From the NCBI GenBank assembly GCA_029242545.1, contig JAQWTV010000128.1, positions 4,817-68,816 of the forward strand: a stretch of DNA of 64,000 nucleotides, given 5' to 3'. Every line of letters starts with the position of its first letter. Position 1 is the stretch's first letter. Source of the stretch: Roseibacillus sp. (lineage in GTDB: Bacteria > Verrucomicrobiota > Verrucomicrobiia > Verrucomicrobiales > Akkermansiaceae). Below are positions 17,670 through 27,113 of the stretch, piece by piece. The notes beneath the pieces were generated by a model. That model made no database searches, was not told where the DNA came from, and saw nothing but the letters and a program-made list of their open reading frames with translations. The position numbers and the translations under genes were made by a program.

Positions 17670-18455
17670 ATGAAACAAACATTCAGTTTTATCTGCATTT
17701 TAGGCGTTCTAGCCAGTCCATGGTCTCTGGGAGCCCTCTGGCAATCGGGACACGGTGACATTGGCATTGGTTTCGACGGAACTGACTGGGATCCGCACTT
17801 TCACTTTCATGAAGAGGAAGGTGAGCACGAGGGAGAAGAGCACAAGGGGGAAGACCACGATGACGACGAGGATCACGATCACGAGGGAGATAATCATCCG
17901 ATTATTGACGGTCTTGAAGCTACCGAGGAAGAGTATGAAATAGATGCGCTATCCGTATTGGTCCCTGGGCCAACCCTGCCGGGGGCTGGGGCTGCGGATT
18001 CGGGTGCAGCGAATGTTTACGTTTTGGCACAGGATGAAACCCTCGCGACGGCTCAGGGAAGTCCCTGGGTCGGCCTAGCGGTTGAAGAAATCAGTCCGGG
18101 TCTACTCCTCGACGATGTTGTAAATTTGAGCCTTGTAGATGTCTCAGGCCCGGGTGTGTTCTCGCTCTGGACGACGGATGCGTTCGGTGGAGACAGCGTT
18201 CTGATGTCGAGTGCATTGGGATCTGATGCTGCGAATGAGGTAGGGCTTGCACTTGAGCCGGGACATTATCATTTCAACATGGGCTTCAGCGAAGAGGGGA
18301 TCTATGACGTGACCTTCCGGAGTGAAGGAGAGTTGGCCGGAGGAGGACTCACCGGAACTGACTTTTCGGTGCGTTTCAATGTAGTGCCAGAGCCCTCCTC
18401 GCTCTTCCTTCTTGCGTTGGGCGCGTTTGCGACATTACGTAGGAGGAGAGTCTAA
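17670..18455 (+). CDS. PEP-CTERM-anchored surface protein with a His/Asp/Glu-rich tract and a 'GHxHxN-GF-xxGxY' beta domain (choice-of-anchor/TIGR03769-like)
   Basis: Signal peptide present. The His/acid tract is DPHFHFHEEEGEHEGEEHKGEDHDDDEDHDHEGDNHP. The motif GHYHFNMGFSEEGIYDVTF is present. The C-terminal sorting signal is VVPEPSSLFLLALGAFATLRRRRV. Confidence 0.8.
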   Translation: MKQTFSFICILGVLASPWSLGALWQSGHGDIGIGFDGTDWDPHFHFHEEEGEHEGEEHKGEDHDDDEDHDHEGDNHPIIDGLEATEEEYEIDALSVLVPGPTLPGAGAADSGAANVYVLAQDETLATAQGSPWVGLAVEEISPGLLLDDVVNLSLVDVSGPGVFSLWTTDAFGGDSVLMSSALGSDAANEVGLALEPGHYHFNMGFSEEGIYDVTFRSEGELAGGGLTGTDFSVRFNVVPEPSSLFLLALGAFATLRRRRV

Positions 18456-18496
18456 GCGGGACGTCCTGACCAGGAGCCCGAGACTTGCAGGGCAAC

Positions 18497-19207
18497 ATGA
18501 GGGCGCGTGGTTTCACTATGGTTGAAGTGTTGGTGGCAGTAGCCATCATCGCGGCTCTTGCTGCGTTAGGCACGGGAGCGGTCTTCTCTGGCATTGCCCG
18601 TGCCAAGCAAGTTCATTGCGCTAGTAATATGCGCCAGATCGGGGTGGCCCTGACAGCACATGCGCTAAACAACAACGGGTTCTTCCCGGAGACAACTCAT
18701 ACGGCAGCGGTGAACAAGGCTTGGATTGCCGCGCTGGAAGACGAAATGGGTCCCCACTATGATGAATTACGTCTTTGCCCGGCAGATCCATACAGAGAAG
18801 AGCGACGGGAGCGGGGAGGGACTAGCTACATTCTCAACAGCTTTATCTTTGTGCCAGAGATTGGTCCTTTTGGCGAGGAGCTGAGTTCTCCCTGCAACAA
18901 TATGCAGTGCATCGATGAGCCCGCCCGCACCTTGATGGCATTCATTGTATCGGAAGATCAGACGGTGGAAACCACGATGGATCATACTCACTCGCGGGGA
19001 TGGACAAGAAGCTGGGAGAGTGTCTTGAGAGACATCCAGCCGGATCGCCACCGGACCGGGCGGCCAGACAGTGACCACTCCAAAGGATCTGCGAATTATC
19101 TGTTTATAGATGGGCACGTCGAGACTTGGAAGGCCAGCGATGCAAAGCAACGCATCGAGTCCGGGGAGAATTTTGCTGAACCTCCGAGTTTACGAGAGGA
19201 CACCTGA
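18497..19207 (+). CDS. Prepilin-type N-terminal cleavage/methylation domain protein of the H-X9-DG (DUF1559-like) class
   Basis: The N-terminus is MRARGFTMVEVLVAVAIIAALAAL (a G/FTxxE pilin leader). The C-terminal motif is HSKGSANYLFIDGHVETW. The track start is TTG 18485, but ATG 18497 is more likely. Confidence 0.8.
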   Translation: MRARGFTMVEVLVAVAIIAALAALGTGAVFSGIARAKQVHCASNMRQIGVALTAHALNNNGFFPETTHTAAVNKAWIAALEDEMGPHYDELRLCPADPYREERRERGGTSYILNSFIFVPEIGPFGEELSSPCNNMQCIDEPARTLMAFIVSEDQTVETTMDHTHSRGWTRSWESVLRDIQPDRHRTGRPDSDHSKGSANYLFIDGHVETWKASDAKQRIESGENFAEPPSLREDT

Positions 19208-19210
19208 GCG

Positions 19211-20395
19211 ATGAATAGGAATTCGAATACAATCAGGTGGGGAAATCTAAGGGGTCAGAGTTGGTTGGCCCTCATTATGGTTCTCCTGATTCAGGGGGTG
19301 CAGGCTGGGACGCTCCTGAAGCGAATCCACGTTGACCATGCCTTTCGGTATCAGGGAGGGGACTGGGAGATCGCGATTCATGGAATCGATGGAGATAGCG
19401 ATCTCGATCCTGAGGAAGCAGTAATGGTTGTAATTGATAAGCCATTTCCCGAGGAAGGGGGTAGAGCAAATCGTCCGCCTAGCGAGCAATGGGACTTTCT
19501 TGGGGTTAGGGAAAATGAAGAAGTCTGGCTCATTCCGCAGGCTTTCACTTCCCTCATCTGGCCGGGATGGCGGTCAGAAGGTGCCTTTGCCCGTTATTTC
19601 AATGGAGATTCAAGGTTAGGGTTCTCGGCACCGTTCGTGAAAATTTCTCTCGAAGGAATTAGTTATTCAGGCTTGGGCAATGGGCACTTCTCGATTTGGA
19701 GTAATCAGACTGGTGGGGTTACCAAGACTTGGATCTCAAGCGCCGACGGGCTCACAGAGGACGATGCCTATTATTTTTCATCCGGTCACTCTCACACCAA
19801 CATCGGATTCAGTGATCCGGGAGTTTACCGGGTTGATTACATCGCATCGGCCTATCTTTCCAACGACGGAGGAGATCCTCTCGTTGGAACCAATCCGGTG
19901 ACCAGCCCGGTCCAGGGATTCTACTATGCAGTCGGGACTTATGCTGAGTGGAAAGCCTCCTATTTTGAGCCTCATGAGTTGGTCGGAGAGGATCCTTCTG
20001 ACGGGGTTCTGACTACTACCGCGTACGGCTCGGATAGTGATCAGGATGGAGTACCGCTTCTCCTCGAGTATGCTTTCAATCTTTCGCCGGTTGAGGCCGA
20101 TCAGAGGGTTCTTGTTCCAGGTTCGGAAACTGGAGGGATGCCGTTGGTGCGCTTTGATGACTCCATCGCACAACCGAGATTGGTAATTGAGTATCTTCGC
20201 CGTCGCGAAGAAGGATCTCCACGTCTCTCTTACTACCCTGAGTTTTCGTCTGCGCTGGAATCAGGGTGGGAGGGGGCGACAAGTGAGACGGTAGTGCCTA
20301 TCAATGCTTTGTGGGAACGGGTTAGAGCGGAGGACGTAGTCAGCTCAAACGAGGATTCCGCGCGATTCGGGCGGGTTCGGGTGGAGCTTAGGTAA
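19211..20395 (+). CDS. Secreted paralog-domain protein (same GHxHxN-GF-xxGxY domain as 17670..18455) with a C-terminal DSDxDG-LLEYAF module
   Basis: Signal peptide present. Motifs include VWLIPQAFTSLIWPGW, SGHSHTNIGFSDPGVYRVDY and the Ca-binding-like DSDQDGVPLLLEYAFNLSP. It starts 4 nt after the pseudopilin gene ends. Confidence 0.7.
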   Translation: MNRNSNTIRWGNLRGQSWLALIMVLLIQGVQAGTLLKRIHVDHAFRYQGGDWEIAIHGIDGDSDLDPEEAVMVVIDKPFPEEGGRANRPPSEQWDFLGVRENEEVWLIPQAFTSLIWPGWRSEGAFARYFNGDSRLGFSAPFVKISLEGISYSGLGNGHFSIWSNQTGGVTKTWISSADGLTEDDAYYFSSGHSHTNIGFSDPGVYRVDYIASAYLSNDGGDPLVGTNPVTSPVQGFYYAVGTYAEWKASYFEPHELVGEDPSDGVLTTTAYGSDSDQDGVPLLLEYAFNLSPVEADQRVLVPGSETGGMPLVRFDDSIAQPRLVIEYLRRREEGSPRLSYYPEFSSALESGWEGATSETVVPINALWERVRAEDVVSSNEDSARFGRVRVELR

Positions 20396-20422
20396 CGGCG
20401 CGCTTTGAGCCGCGTGAGAGAC

Positions 20423-21169
20423 TCACAGGTGGGGTGTTTCGACCTCGTTACGGGCGACCTTGATGAAGACGTCATCGAGATCCTTGCCTTCAAAGCGGGA
20501 CTTGATCTCTCCTGCCGTTCCAGAGGCAAGGATTCTGCCTTGGTGTAGGAAGAGAATACGGTCGCAGACTTCTTCGATATCCCGCATGTTGTGGGAGGTA
20601 TAGAGAATAGCCGGGGAGCTTTCCTTCTGGAGGCGGCGAACGAGTTTACGAACCTTGTCCGCGATATCTGGATCGAGAGAAGCAGTGGGTTCGTCCAAGA
20701 GAAGAAGTTCTGGGTCGTTGAGCAGGGCCTTAGCGAGGTTTACCCGGGTGCCCTCCCCTGCGGAAAGGCGCCCCGTGATATTGTTGCGAAGGTGGTGAAT
20801 TCCAAGCATCTCGAGAAGCTCCTCGATCTTCTCGCCTGGATTCTTCACCCCGTAGAGCCCGGCGAAGACCCGGAGGTTCTGCCAAACCTTGAGGTTCGAG
20901 GGAAGGTTGGCATAAGTTGTGCAGAAATTGGTTCGCTTCAGGATCTCTATCCGATGCTTCTGAAGGTCTTTTCCGAAGACGTGGATGCTTCCCTCGTTCG
21001 GAATGGTCAGGCCGAGAATCATGTTCATCACGGTGGTCTTGCCGGCACCGTTGACACCTAGGAGACCGATGACCTCGCCCGCCCGAACGTCGAGGTCTAG
21101 ACCGTCGACTGCAACGATGTCCCCAAAGCGTTTAGTCAAGGATCGAGCCTGAAGGATAGGAGGAATCAT
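20423..21169 (-). CDS. ABC transporter ATP-binding protein (ABC-2/NatA-like)
   Basis: Walker A is GVNGAGKTT, the signature is LSAGEGTRV, Walker B is LLLLDEPT and the H-loop is YTSHNM. Confidence 0.9.
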   Translation of the reverse strand: MIPPILQARSLTKRFGDIVAVDGLDLDVRAGEVIGLLGVNGAGKTTVMNMILGLTIPNEGSIHVFGKDLQKHRIEILKRTNFCTTYANLPSNLKVWQNLRVFAGLYGVKNPGEKIEELLEMLGIHHLRNNITGRLSAGEGTRVNLAKALLNDPELLLLDEPTASLDPDIADKVRKLVRRLQKESSPAILYTSHNMRDIEEVCDRILFLHQGRILASGTAGEIKSRFEGKDLDDVFIKVARNEVETPHL

Positions 21170-21203
21170 GACGTGAGGAGTTCTGGTACGGTCGCTTAGG
21201 ATC

Positions 21204-22667
21204 CTAGTGCAGAAGCTTTTCTCTGATTGAGTCCGTGACCTGCTTTGGATTGGCCTTGCCCTTGGATGCCTTCATGACCTGGCCAGTAAGCCAGTTAACG
21301 AGTTTTTCGTTGCCACCTTGGATCTCAGATACCTTGTCTGGATTGGAGGCGATGGCCTCGTCGATGAGGGTATCGATCGCTCCGGTGTCAGCCGGTTCAA
21401 ATCCGAGGTCCTTAGCAACCTCGTCGGGGTTCTGGTCGGGGTTAGCCCAGAGGGAATTAAAAACCTCACGCGCCTGATTGTTGGAAATGGTTCCCTCCTC
21501 AATGAGGTCTACAATACTGGCAAGTTTTTCAGCAGAGAGGGGAGAGGCTGAGGGAGTGAGGTTATCCTCATTGAGATGCCGAAGAAGAGTATTGATTACC
21601 CAGTTGGCAATTTTCTTAGGAGTCGCTGTAGATGCCTCTGCGGCAGTCTCGAAATAGTCAGCAAGTGAGCGATCCGAGGAGAGGACATAGGCATCATAGC
21701 TGGTGACCTTAAAATCTCGTTCAAAACGCGCCGACTTGTCAGCAGGGAGTTCAGGAACATGGCTCCGCATTCGTTCGACCATGCTTCCCGACCGGACTGG
21801 AAGGAGATCAGGATCCGGGAAATAGCGATAATCATGAGCGTCCTCCTTGCCTCGCATGAACTCGGTAACGCCTGCATCGTCATTCCACCGCCAGGTAGCT
21901 TGAGCGTGTGTTCCACCTTCCTCGAGAACTCTCACCTGACGCTCTATTTCGTGGTGGAGAGCGCGGCGGACTGCAGAGATGGAGTTCATGTTTTTGAGCT
22001 CGATCTTGGTACCAAGCTTTTCAGTGCCCTTTTTACGGACGGACACGTTGACGTCACAGCGCAGCTGCCCCTTTTCCATATCAGCGTCAGAAATTTCTCC
22101 ATAAATGAGGATTTGCTGGAGAGTTTTGAGATAAGCGAAGGCCTCTTCTGGGGTTTCAATTTCGGGTTCAGAGACAATTTCCATGAGAGGAGTCCCGGCA
22201 CGATTGAAATCAATTACACTGGAATTAGCCAAGTGAGTGGATTTCGCGACGTCCTCTTCAAGATGAATACGGGTTAGTCCGATTTTCTTTCCTGGGTTCG
22301 CAATGTCCTGCTGATAATCCTTTGGATAGCTGTAGTCAGGCAATGGGACGCAGCCCCCAAGGCAAAGTGGCAGATCAAATTGCGAGATCTGGTAGTTCTT
22401 GGGCATGTCAGGATAGAAATAATTTTTTCTATCCCACTTGGATATTTCCGGGGTCGTGCAATCGAGAAGTAGTCCAGCTAGGATAGTTTGCTCGATTGCG
22501 ACCCTATTGAGAACGGGAAGAGCTCCGGGAAGGCCCATGCAGGTTGGGCATACATGGCTGTTTGGTTCTTCTCCAAAGCTGGTTCTACACGAGCAGAACA
22601 TCTTGCTCCGGGTCTTGACCTGGCAGTGGACTTCGAGCCCGATAGTAGCGATATAGTCCTTGTGCAT
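21204..22667 (-). CDS. gatB: Asp-tRNA(Asn)/Glu-tRNA(Gln) amidotransferase subunit B
   Basis: MHKDYIATIGLEVHCQVKTRSKMFCSC..., with a C-terminal YqeY/GatB domain. The track ORF starts 36 codons upstream at 22775. ATG 22667 gives the canonical N-terminus. Confidence 0.9.
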   Translation of the reverse strand: MHKDYIATIGLEVHCQVKTRSKMFCSCRTSFGEEPNSHVCPTCMGLPGALPVLNRVAIEQTILAGLLLDCTTPEISKWDRKNYFYPDMPKNYQISQFDLPLCLGGCVPLPDYSYPKDYQQDIANPGKKIGLTRIHLEEDVAKSTHLANSSVIDFNRAGTPLMEIVSEPEIETPEEAFAYLKTLQQILIYGEISDADMEKGQLRCDVNVSVRKKGTEKLGTKIELKNMNSISAVRRALHHEIERQVRVLEEGGTHAQATWRWNDDAGVTEFMRGKEDAHDYRYFPDPDLLPVRSGSMVERMRSHVPELPADKSARFERDFKVTSYDAYVLSSDRSLADYFETAAEASTATPKKIANWVINTLLRHLNEDNLTPSASPLSAEKLASIVDLIEEGTISNNQAREVFNSLWANPDQNPDEVAKDLGFEPADTGAIDTLIDEAIASNPDKVSEIQGGNEKLVNWLTGQVMKASKGKANPKQVTDSIREKLLH

Positions 22668-22826
22668 CGACAGGAATGGGGAGGCAACGTTCGTGTAGTT
22701 GTAGTAAGACCGAAGTGTGAGGTCCGAGGGAGGCAAGTGCAAGGGCGGGAACCAAGCCGGATCTCCAAGGTTCAATAATTAAGAACCTCTATTGTCAGGA
22801 CGATACGGCACGCTGGAGTTCAGACT

Positions 22827-23702
22827 TTAATTGCCTTCTTGAGCTGGCAGCAGCCCGATAGCAGCTTCGATATCAAGATTCGCCAGCCTGGAACGAGCGT
22901 TTTCCTCCGCGCAGACTTTCTTGATTGAGTCAGAATTGAGTAATTGAGCAGTTTGCCCCTGACTATAGAGAGCTTTCAGCTGAGCTTTCTGTTCCGTTAG
23001 AAGATAATCAATCTGAGCCTGCTTAGCTGCTGCCCGGACATCCGGCTTCAAGTTAGCGCGGGCCCACACTCTCTCGTTATCAACAAGAAGGGTGAGTTTA
23101 GATAGGTTTGCGCGGGCCCGATTATTGAAAAGATCATACTGTCCATGGAGTTTTCCAGCAATGGTGGCATCAATTTTCCGCTTCAGTTTTGATAGAGCAG
23201 GCTGGGCAGGTTGCTTGGAAAGACGATCCTCTGGGGTTGAGGCGCTGATCCACTCCTTGCTTGAGAGGGCGTCTCTGACCCAGTTCAGTTCATCGAGGGT
23301 GCCCACGTAGCGAATTCCTGAAAGGCAGAACCACGTGAAGGCAATCCCCATGACAAATCCGAGGATGCCTCCGCTTGGAGTGAATCTTCTTTTTGTGCCC
23401 TCCTTTGGTTTCGCCGGAGTCAGGATGATTCCAAACAGGGCGCGGGCGACGAAGAAGGCCGCAAATCCAATAATGAGGCCTACCGCTCCATTCATCCAAG
23501 TGTCGGGATCGTCAATGAGGAATCCTGCCAATGATGACCCGTTCTGGAAGCCCCAGAACCCAGCCCATGCTCCCGCAGAGAGAGCAATGAGGCCAAAGGT
23601 CATGCGAATAAATCCCTTAAGCAGTCCGATAATAATGAACGCGATGATAATTAGCCCGAGGACACCGTAAATCGTGAGGTCAGGGGAGGAGATCGCGAGC
23701 AT
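22827..23702 (-). CDS. cvpA: CvpA-family integral membrane protein with a C-terminal soluble extension
   Basis: The N-terminus has four predicted TM helices in the CvpA pattern (GLLKGFIRMTFGLIALSAGAWAGFW). Assignment is by motif memory only. Confidence 0.55.
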   Translation of the reverse strand: MLAISSPDLTIYGVLGLIIIAFIIIGLLKGFIRMTFGLIALSAGAWAGFWGFQNGSSLAGFLIDDPDTWMNGAVGLIIGFAAFFVARALFGIILTPAKPKEGTKRRFTPSGGILGFVMGIAFTWFCLSGIRYVGTLDELNWVRDALSSKEWISASTPEDRLSKQPAQPALSKLKRKIDATIAGKLHGQYDLFNNRARANLSKLTLLVDNERVWARANLKPDVRAAAKQAQIDYLLTEQKAQLKALYSQGQTAQLLNSDSIKKVCAEENARSRLANLDIEAAIGLLPAQEGN

Positions 23703-23721
23703 ATCTTAATAGAAGAGGAAA

Positions 23722-24825
23722 TTATTGAGGAACAGAGGCCACCGCCCCGCACTGGGCCCTGTGACGGAGCAGGTGATCACAGAGAACCAGAGTAGTCATT
23801 GCCTCGATCATGGGGACGGCGCGTGGAAGAACACAGGGGTCATGCCGGCCGCGACCTTTCAGTTCTGTGTCAGAACCGGAGCTGCTGACAGTTGCCTGCT
23901 CAGTCATGATGGTGGCCGTTGGCTTGAAAGCGACCCTGAACAAGATGGGTTCTCCGTTTGAAATCCCTCCCTGAATGCCCCCGGAGTGATTAGTTTGAGT
24001 CCTCACACGGCCATCCTCCATATAGAAGTGATCGTTGTGTTCCTTTCCCGTGAGTAAGGTGCCCTTGAACCCGGATCCAATCTCAAATCCCTTGGTTGCA
24101 GGGAGGCTCATCATGGCTTTGGCGAGTTCTGCCTCTAACTTGTCGAATACGGGTTCTCCGAGGCCCGGCGGGCAACCGCGCACGACTGCTTCGATTGTTC
24201 CACCGAGAGAATTTCCCTCGCTCCGGGCCTTCTTGATCAGGGTAATCATTTCGTCGACCTTGGAGGGGTCTCCAGTTCGCACGATATTGCCCTCAATCTG
24301 CTCAGAGTTGATTGATCCAGGATCCACATTGGCCTCGAGCTCCTGAATGGAGGAAACCCATGCAAGAATTTCGATTCCCGGGGCCATAGCATTCAGGACT
24401 TGCCTGGCAACCGCTGCTGCGGCAACCCGGCCTATGGTTTCGCGGGCGGAGGCCCTGCCGCCCCCCTGCCAATTCCGAATTCCATACTTCGCGTCGTAGG
24501 TATAGTCCGCATGGGAAGGCCGGTATTTCGTGGACATCTCCTCATAGGCCGCGGGACGGGCATCCTTGTTTCGAACAAGAATGGCAATGGGGGAGCCCAA
24601 GGTCATCCCGTCGAAGACACCGGAGAGTATTTCGCACTCATCAGCTTCGTCGCGGGGGGTGACGATCTCACTTTGACCTGGTCGCCGCCTGTTCAGTTCA
24701 CCCTGGATCTGTTCTTCGGTGAGAGGGATGCGAGGAGGACATCCATCGATCACAACTCCTACCCCGCCGCCATGGGATTCACCCCAGGTAGCAATATGAA
24801 AGCAGCGGCCGAGGAAACTAGACAT
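23722..24825 (-). CDS. aroC: Chorismate synthase
   Basis: [40 protein letters not shown] and [17 protein letters not shown]. Confidence 0.95.
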   Translation of the reverse strand: MSSFLGRCFHIATWGESHGGGVGVVIDGCPPRIPLTEEQIQGELNRRRPGQSEIVTPRDEADECEILSGVFDGMTLGSPIAILVRNKDARPAAYEEMSTKYRPSHADYTYDAKYGIRNWQGGGRASARETIGRVAAAAVARQVLNAMAPGIEILAWVSSIQELEANVDPGSINSEQIEGNIVRTGDPSKVDEMITLIKKARSEGNSLGGTIEAVVRGCPPGLGEPVFDKLEAELAKAMMSLPATKGFEIGSGFKGTLLTGKEHNDHFYMEDGRVRTQTNHSGGIQGGISNGEPILFRVAFKPTATIMTEQATVSSSGSDTELKGRGRHDPCVLPRAVPMIEAMTTLVLCDHLLRHRAQCGAVASVPQ

Positions 24826-24945
24826 CGGGAGCAGCTTAAGGGTAATGGATTATCAAGGCAATCACTGCTTCGGAATGATTGGCGGCGGGACCCCGGGATG
24901 GGTTATGGGCTTGTCGAGCGCTTTCCCTTGTTCGGCGAAAACCCC

Positions 24946-25593
24946 ATGGTAAGGTCCGTATCCGTAGTGCCTGAGCAGGCTAATAAATTGTTGCTGGATT
25001 GCCCGGTTCTCGTGTTGAACCGTCTTTGGCAGCCGATTCATACCTGCTCAGTAAAGCGGGCGATCAGGCTCGTGTGCCTTGGTCATGCTCAAATTGTCCA
25101 AACCGATGGAGATGCTCAGTATCAGACTCACGACTTGATTTCGTGGGCAGAACACTCCTCCGGGCATCTGGCTGGAGAGTTAATAAGAACAGTGCGTCAT
25201 GCTTTCCGCGCCCCAAGAATTATCGTGCTGGCGCTCTATGACAGGATACCTCGGAAAGAGGTGAGGTTTACCCGGCAGAACGTGTTTCTCCGGGATGATC
25301 TGGTGTGCCAGTATTGTGGCCAGAACTTTGCGGAGCGTGATCTGAACCTTGATCATGTCGTGCCCCGGGATAAGGGAGGGAAGACCACCTGGGATAATAT
25401 CGTAACGTCCTGTATTCGCTGCAACACAAGGAAGGCGAACAAATTGGCCTACGAAGCAGGGATGAGCTTGTTGCGAAAACCGAAGGCCCCGCGGTGGCGC
25501 CCGATCTATGGAAAACGTCCGGAGCTTTCTGAAGATGAGAGCTGGGCGCAGTTCCTGCAACCCGACCGGGAAAGAGTCAGAGTCAGTGGTTGA
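24946..25593 (+). CDS. Stand-alone HNH endonuclease-family protein
   Basis: VFLRDDLVCQYCGQNFAERDLNLDHVVPRDKGGKTTWDNIVTSCIRCNTRKANK. The upstream part of track ORF 24400.. is antisense to aroC. In-frame ATGs at 24898 and 24946 are the realistic starts. Confidence 0.75.
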   Translation: MVRSVSVVPEQANKLLLDCPVLVLNRLWQPIHTCSVKRAIRLVCLGHAQIVQTDGDAQYQTHDLISWAEHSSGHLAGELIRTVRHAFRAPRIIVLALYDRIPRKEVRFTRQNVFLRDDLVCQYCGQNFAERDLNLDHVVPRDKGGKTTWDNIVTSCIRCNTRKANKLAYEAGMSLLRKPKAPRWRPIYGKRPELSEDESWAQFLQPDRERVRVSG

Positions 25594-25619
25594 GCGCCTG
25601 GTGAGAAATGTGATCTCTC

Positions 25620-27104
25620 TTAGCCTCCTATTACCCAGAGGATGGGATTTGGCCAGAAGCCGAAGAGGATAGTAAGTGCTGTCAGGCTGAGGATGACGAT
25701 CCTGCTGATCTGGGGAACTGGGACCTCTTCTTCATTGGCGGGTTCTCGCCAGTAGATAGCGCGGACGACCTTGAGGTAATAATAGAATGAGGCAGCGACA
25801 CCAATGAAACCGATGCCAACACCCAGCCAGAGCGCCTTGTTGGCGCTGGCTGAGCTGATAGCCAATTGAAAGGCGAAGAATTTACCGATGAAGCCAGCAG
25901 TCAGGGGAAGGCCTGCGAGGGCGGAGAGAAGGATGGTGGCACAGGCTGCGAGGGATGGGTTTCGTTGGCCGAGCCCATCAAATGCTGAGATTTCATCGCT
26001 ACTCTCCGAATTGCGCACGACCACCAGGACAAAAAAGGCCCCTAAGGTGATCACGAGGTAGGTTGCGAGGTAGAGGGAAACAACTTGGTGGGTGCTCAGA
26101 GAACCCGCATCTCCTGGATGCCACGCTGCAATAGCTAGCAGGATAAAACCCGCGTGAGCGATCGAGGAGTAGGCGAGGAGGCGCTTGAAGTTGGTTTGCG
26201 CAATGGCAGCGAGGTTACCCAGCAGGAGAGTAAGCCCAGCCATAATGAGAACGATGAGAGTCGTCTGAGTTCTTGTGATCTCTGATGCAAAGAAGGGCTC
26301 GAGAATACGTAAAGCGACTATGAAGCCAGCGGCTTTTGACCCAACGGAGAGAAATGCGGTGATTGGGGTAGGTGCTCCCTGATATACATCTGGAATCCAC
26401 AGGTGCATTGGGACTGCCCCAATTTTGAAGGCGAGGGAGAGAAGCATTAAGGACAGCCCAAAAAAGAGAGGCGAGGGGTTGGCGGCGATTCCTGAGTCCG
26501 GGTCGGCAATCGCAATGCTGATCTCAGCGAGATTAGTGGTGTGGGTGACGCCGTAAATCCAGGCCATTCCATACACAAGGAAGCCAGTGGAAAGAGCTCC
26601 GAGAATGAGATACTTAACGCCAGCCTCAAGAGAGCCAACTTGGCGTCGCATGTAGCCTACTAGAATATAGAAGGTGATGGTGACGAGTTCTAGGGAAACA
26701 AAAATAGAGACAAGATCTCTGGCAGAGGCCATCCACATCATGCCCGCACAGGCAAACACCGGGAGGGCATAGAATTCACCTGTACCATGATCTGTCCCTG
26801 GTTCTTCGGTGAACTGGTTCAGGACCCTGCGGTAGTCATAGGCCATCAGGAGGACAAGGATCGTGGCAACGATGGCGAGAAGCTTGAAGAAGACAGCCCA
26901 GTTGTCATAGATATAGAAGCGGGAAAGCTCAGCGTTGTCGGGAGAGGGAGCAACCGCGAAGTAGAGGGGAACAAGAGTAAAGGCGAGTCCTCCAATCGCG
27001 ACTCTTCGGAGCAGTTCCCGGCTGGTTGATTTCCCAAAGGCCTCCATCAAGAGCAGGATGAGCCCGAGGATGACGACAGTAGCTTCTAACCAGTAGGCAG
27101 GCAT
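25620..27104 (-). CDS. nuoN: NADH-quinone oxidoreductase subunit N
   Basis: Polytopic antiporter-like subunit and last gene of the nuo cluster. Contains motifs such as LLAYSSIAHAGF. Confidence 0.9.
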   Translation of the reverse strand: MPAYWLEATVVILGLILLLMEAFGKSTSRELLRRVAIGGLAFTLVPLYFAVAPSPDNAELSRFYIYDNWAVFFKLLAIVATILVLLMAYDYRRVLNQFTEEPGTDHGTGEFYALPVFACAGMMWMASARDLVSIFVSLELVTITFYILVGYMRRQVGSLEAGVKYLILGALSTGFLVYGMAWIYGVTHTTNLAEISIAIADPDSGIAANPSPLFFGLSLMLLSLAFKIGAVPMHLWIPDVYQGAPTPITAFLSVGSKAAGFIVALRILEPFFASEITRTQTTLIVLIMAGLTLLLGNLAAIAQTNFKRLLAYSSIAHAGFILLAIAAWHPGDAGSLSTHQVVSLYLATYLVITLGAFFVLVVVRNSESSDEISAFDGLGQRNPSLAACATILLSALAGLPLTAGFIGKFFAFQLAISSASANKALWLGVGIGFIGVAASFYYYLKVVRAIYWREPANEEEVPVPQISRIVILSLTALTILFGFWPNPILWVIGG

Positions 27105-27113
27105 AGCGAATTG

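Noticed and set aside
20423-21169. ABC ATPase without an adjacent permease, considered as a possible orphan or novel system component
   Set aside because: It is a single ordinary ABC-2-type ATPase following gatB, and partner genes can be unlinked. Nothing in the sequence itself is unusual beyond an LSAGE signature variant.
22668-22775. 36-codon N-terminal extension of gatB in the track ORF
   Set aside because: The canonical GatB N-terminus (MHKDYIATIGLEVH) begins at ATG 22667. The extension is Pro/Leu/Tyr-rich and not GatB-like.
24400-24945. N-terminal 180 codons of track ORF 24400..25593
   Set aside because: This part runs antisense through the well-supported aroC gene (23722..24825) and has a low-complexity Gly/Pro/Arg composition. 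Only the HNH-containing part downstream of ATG 24898/24946 is credible.
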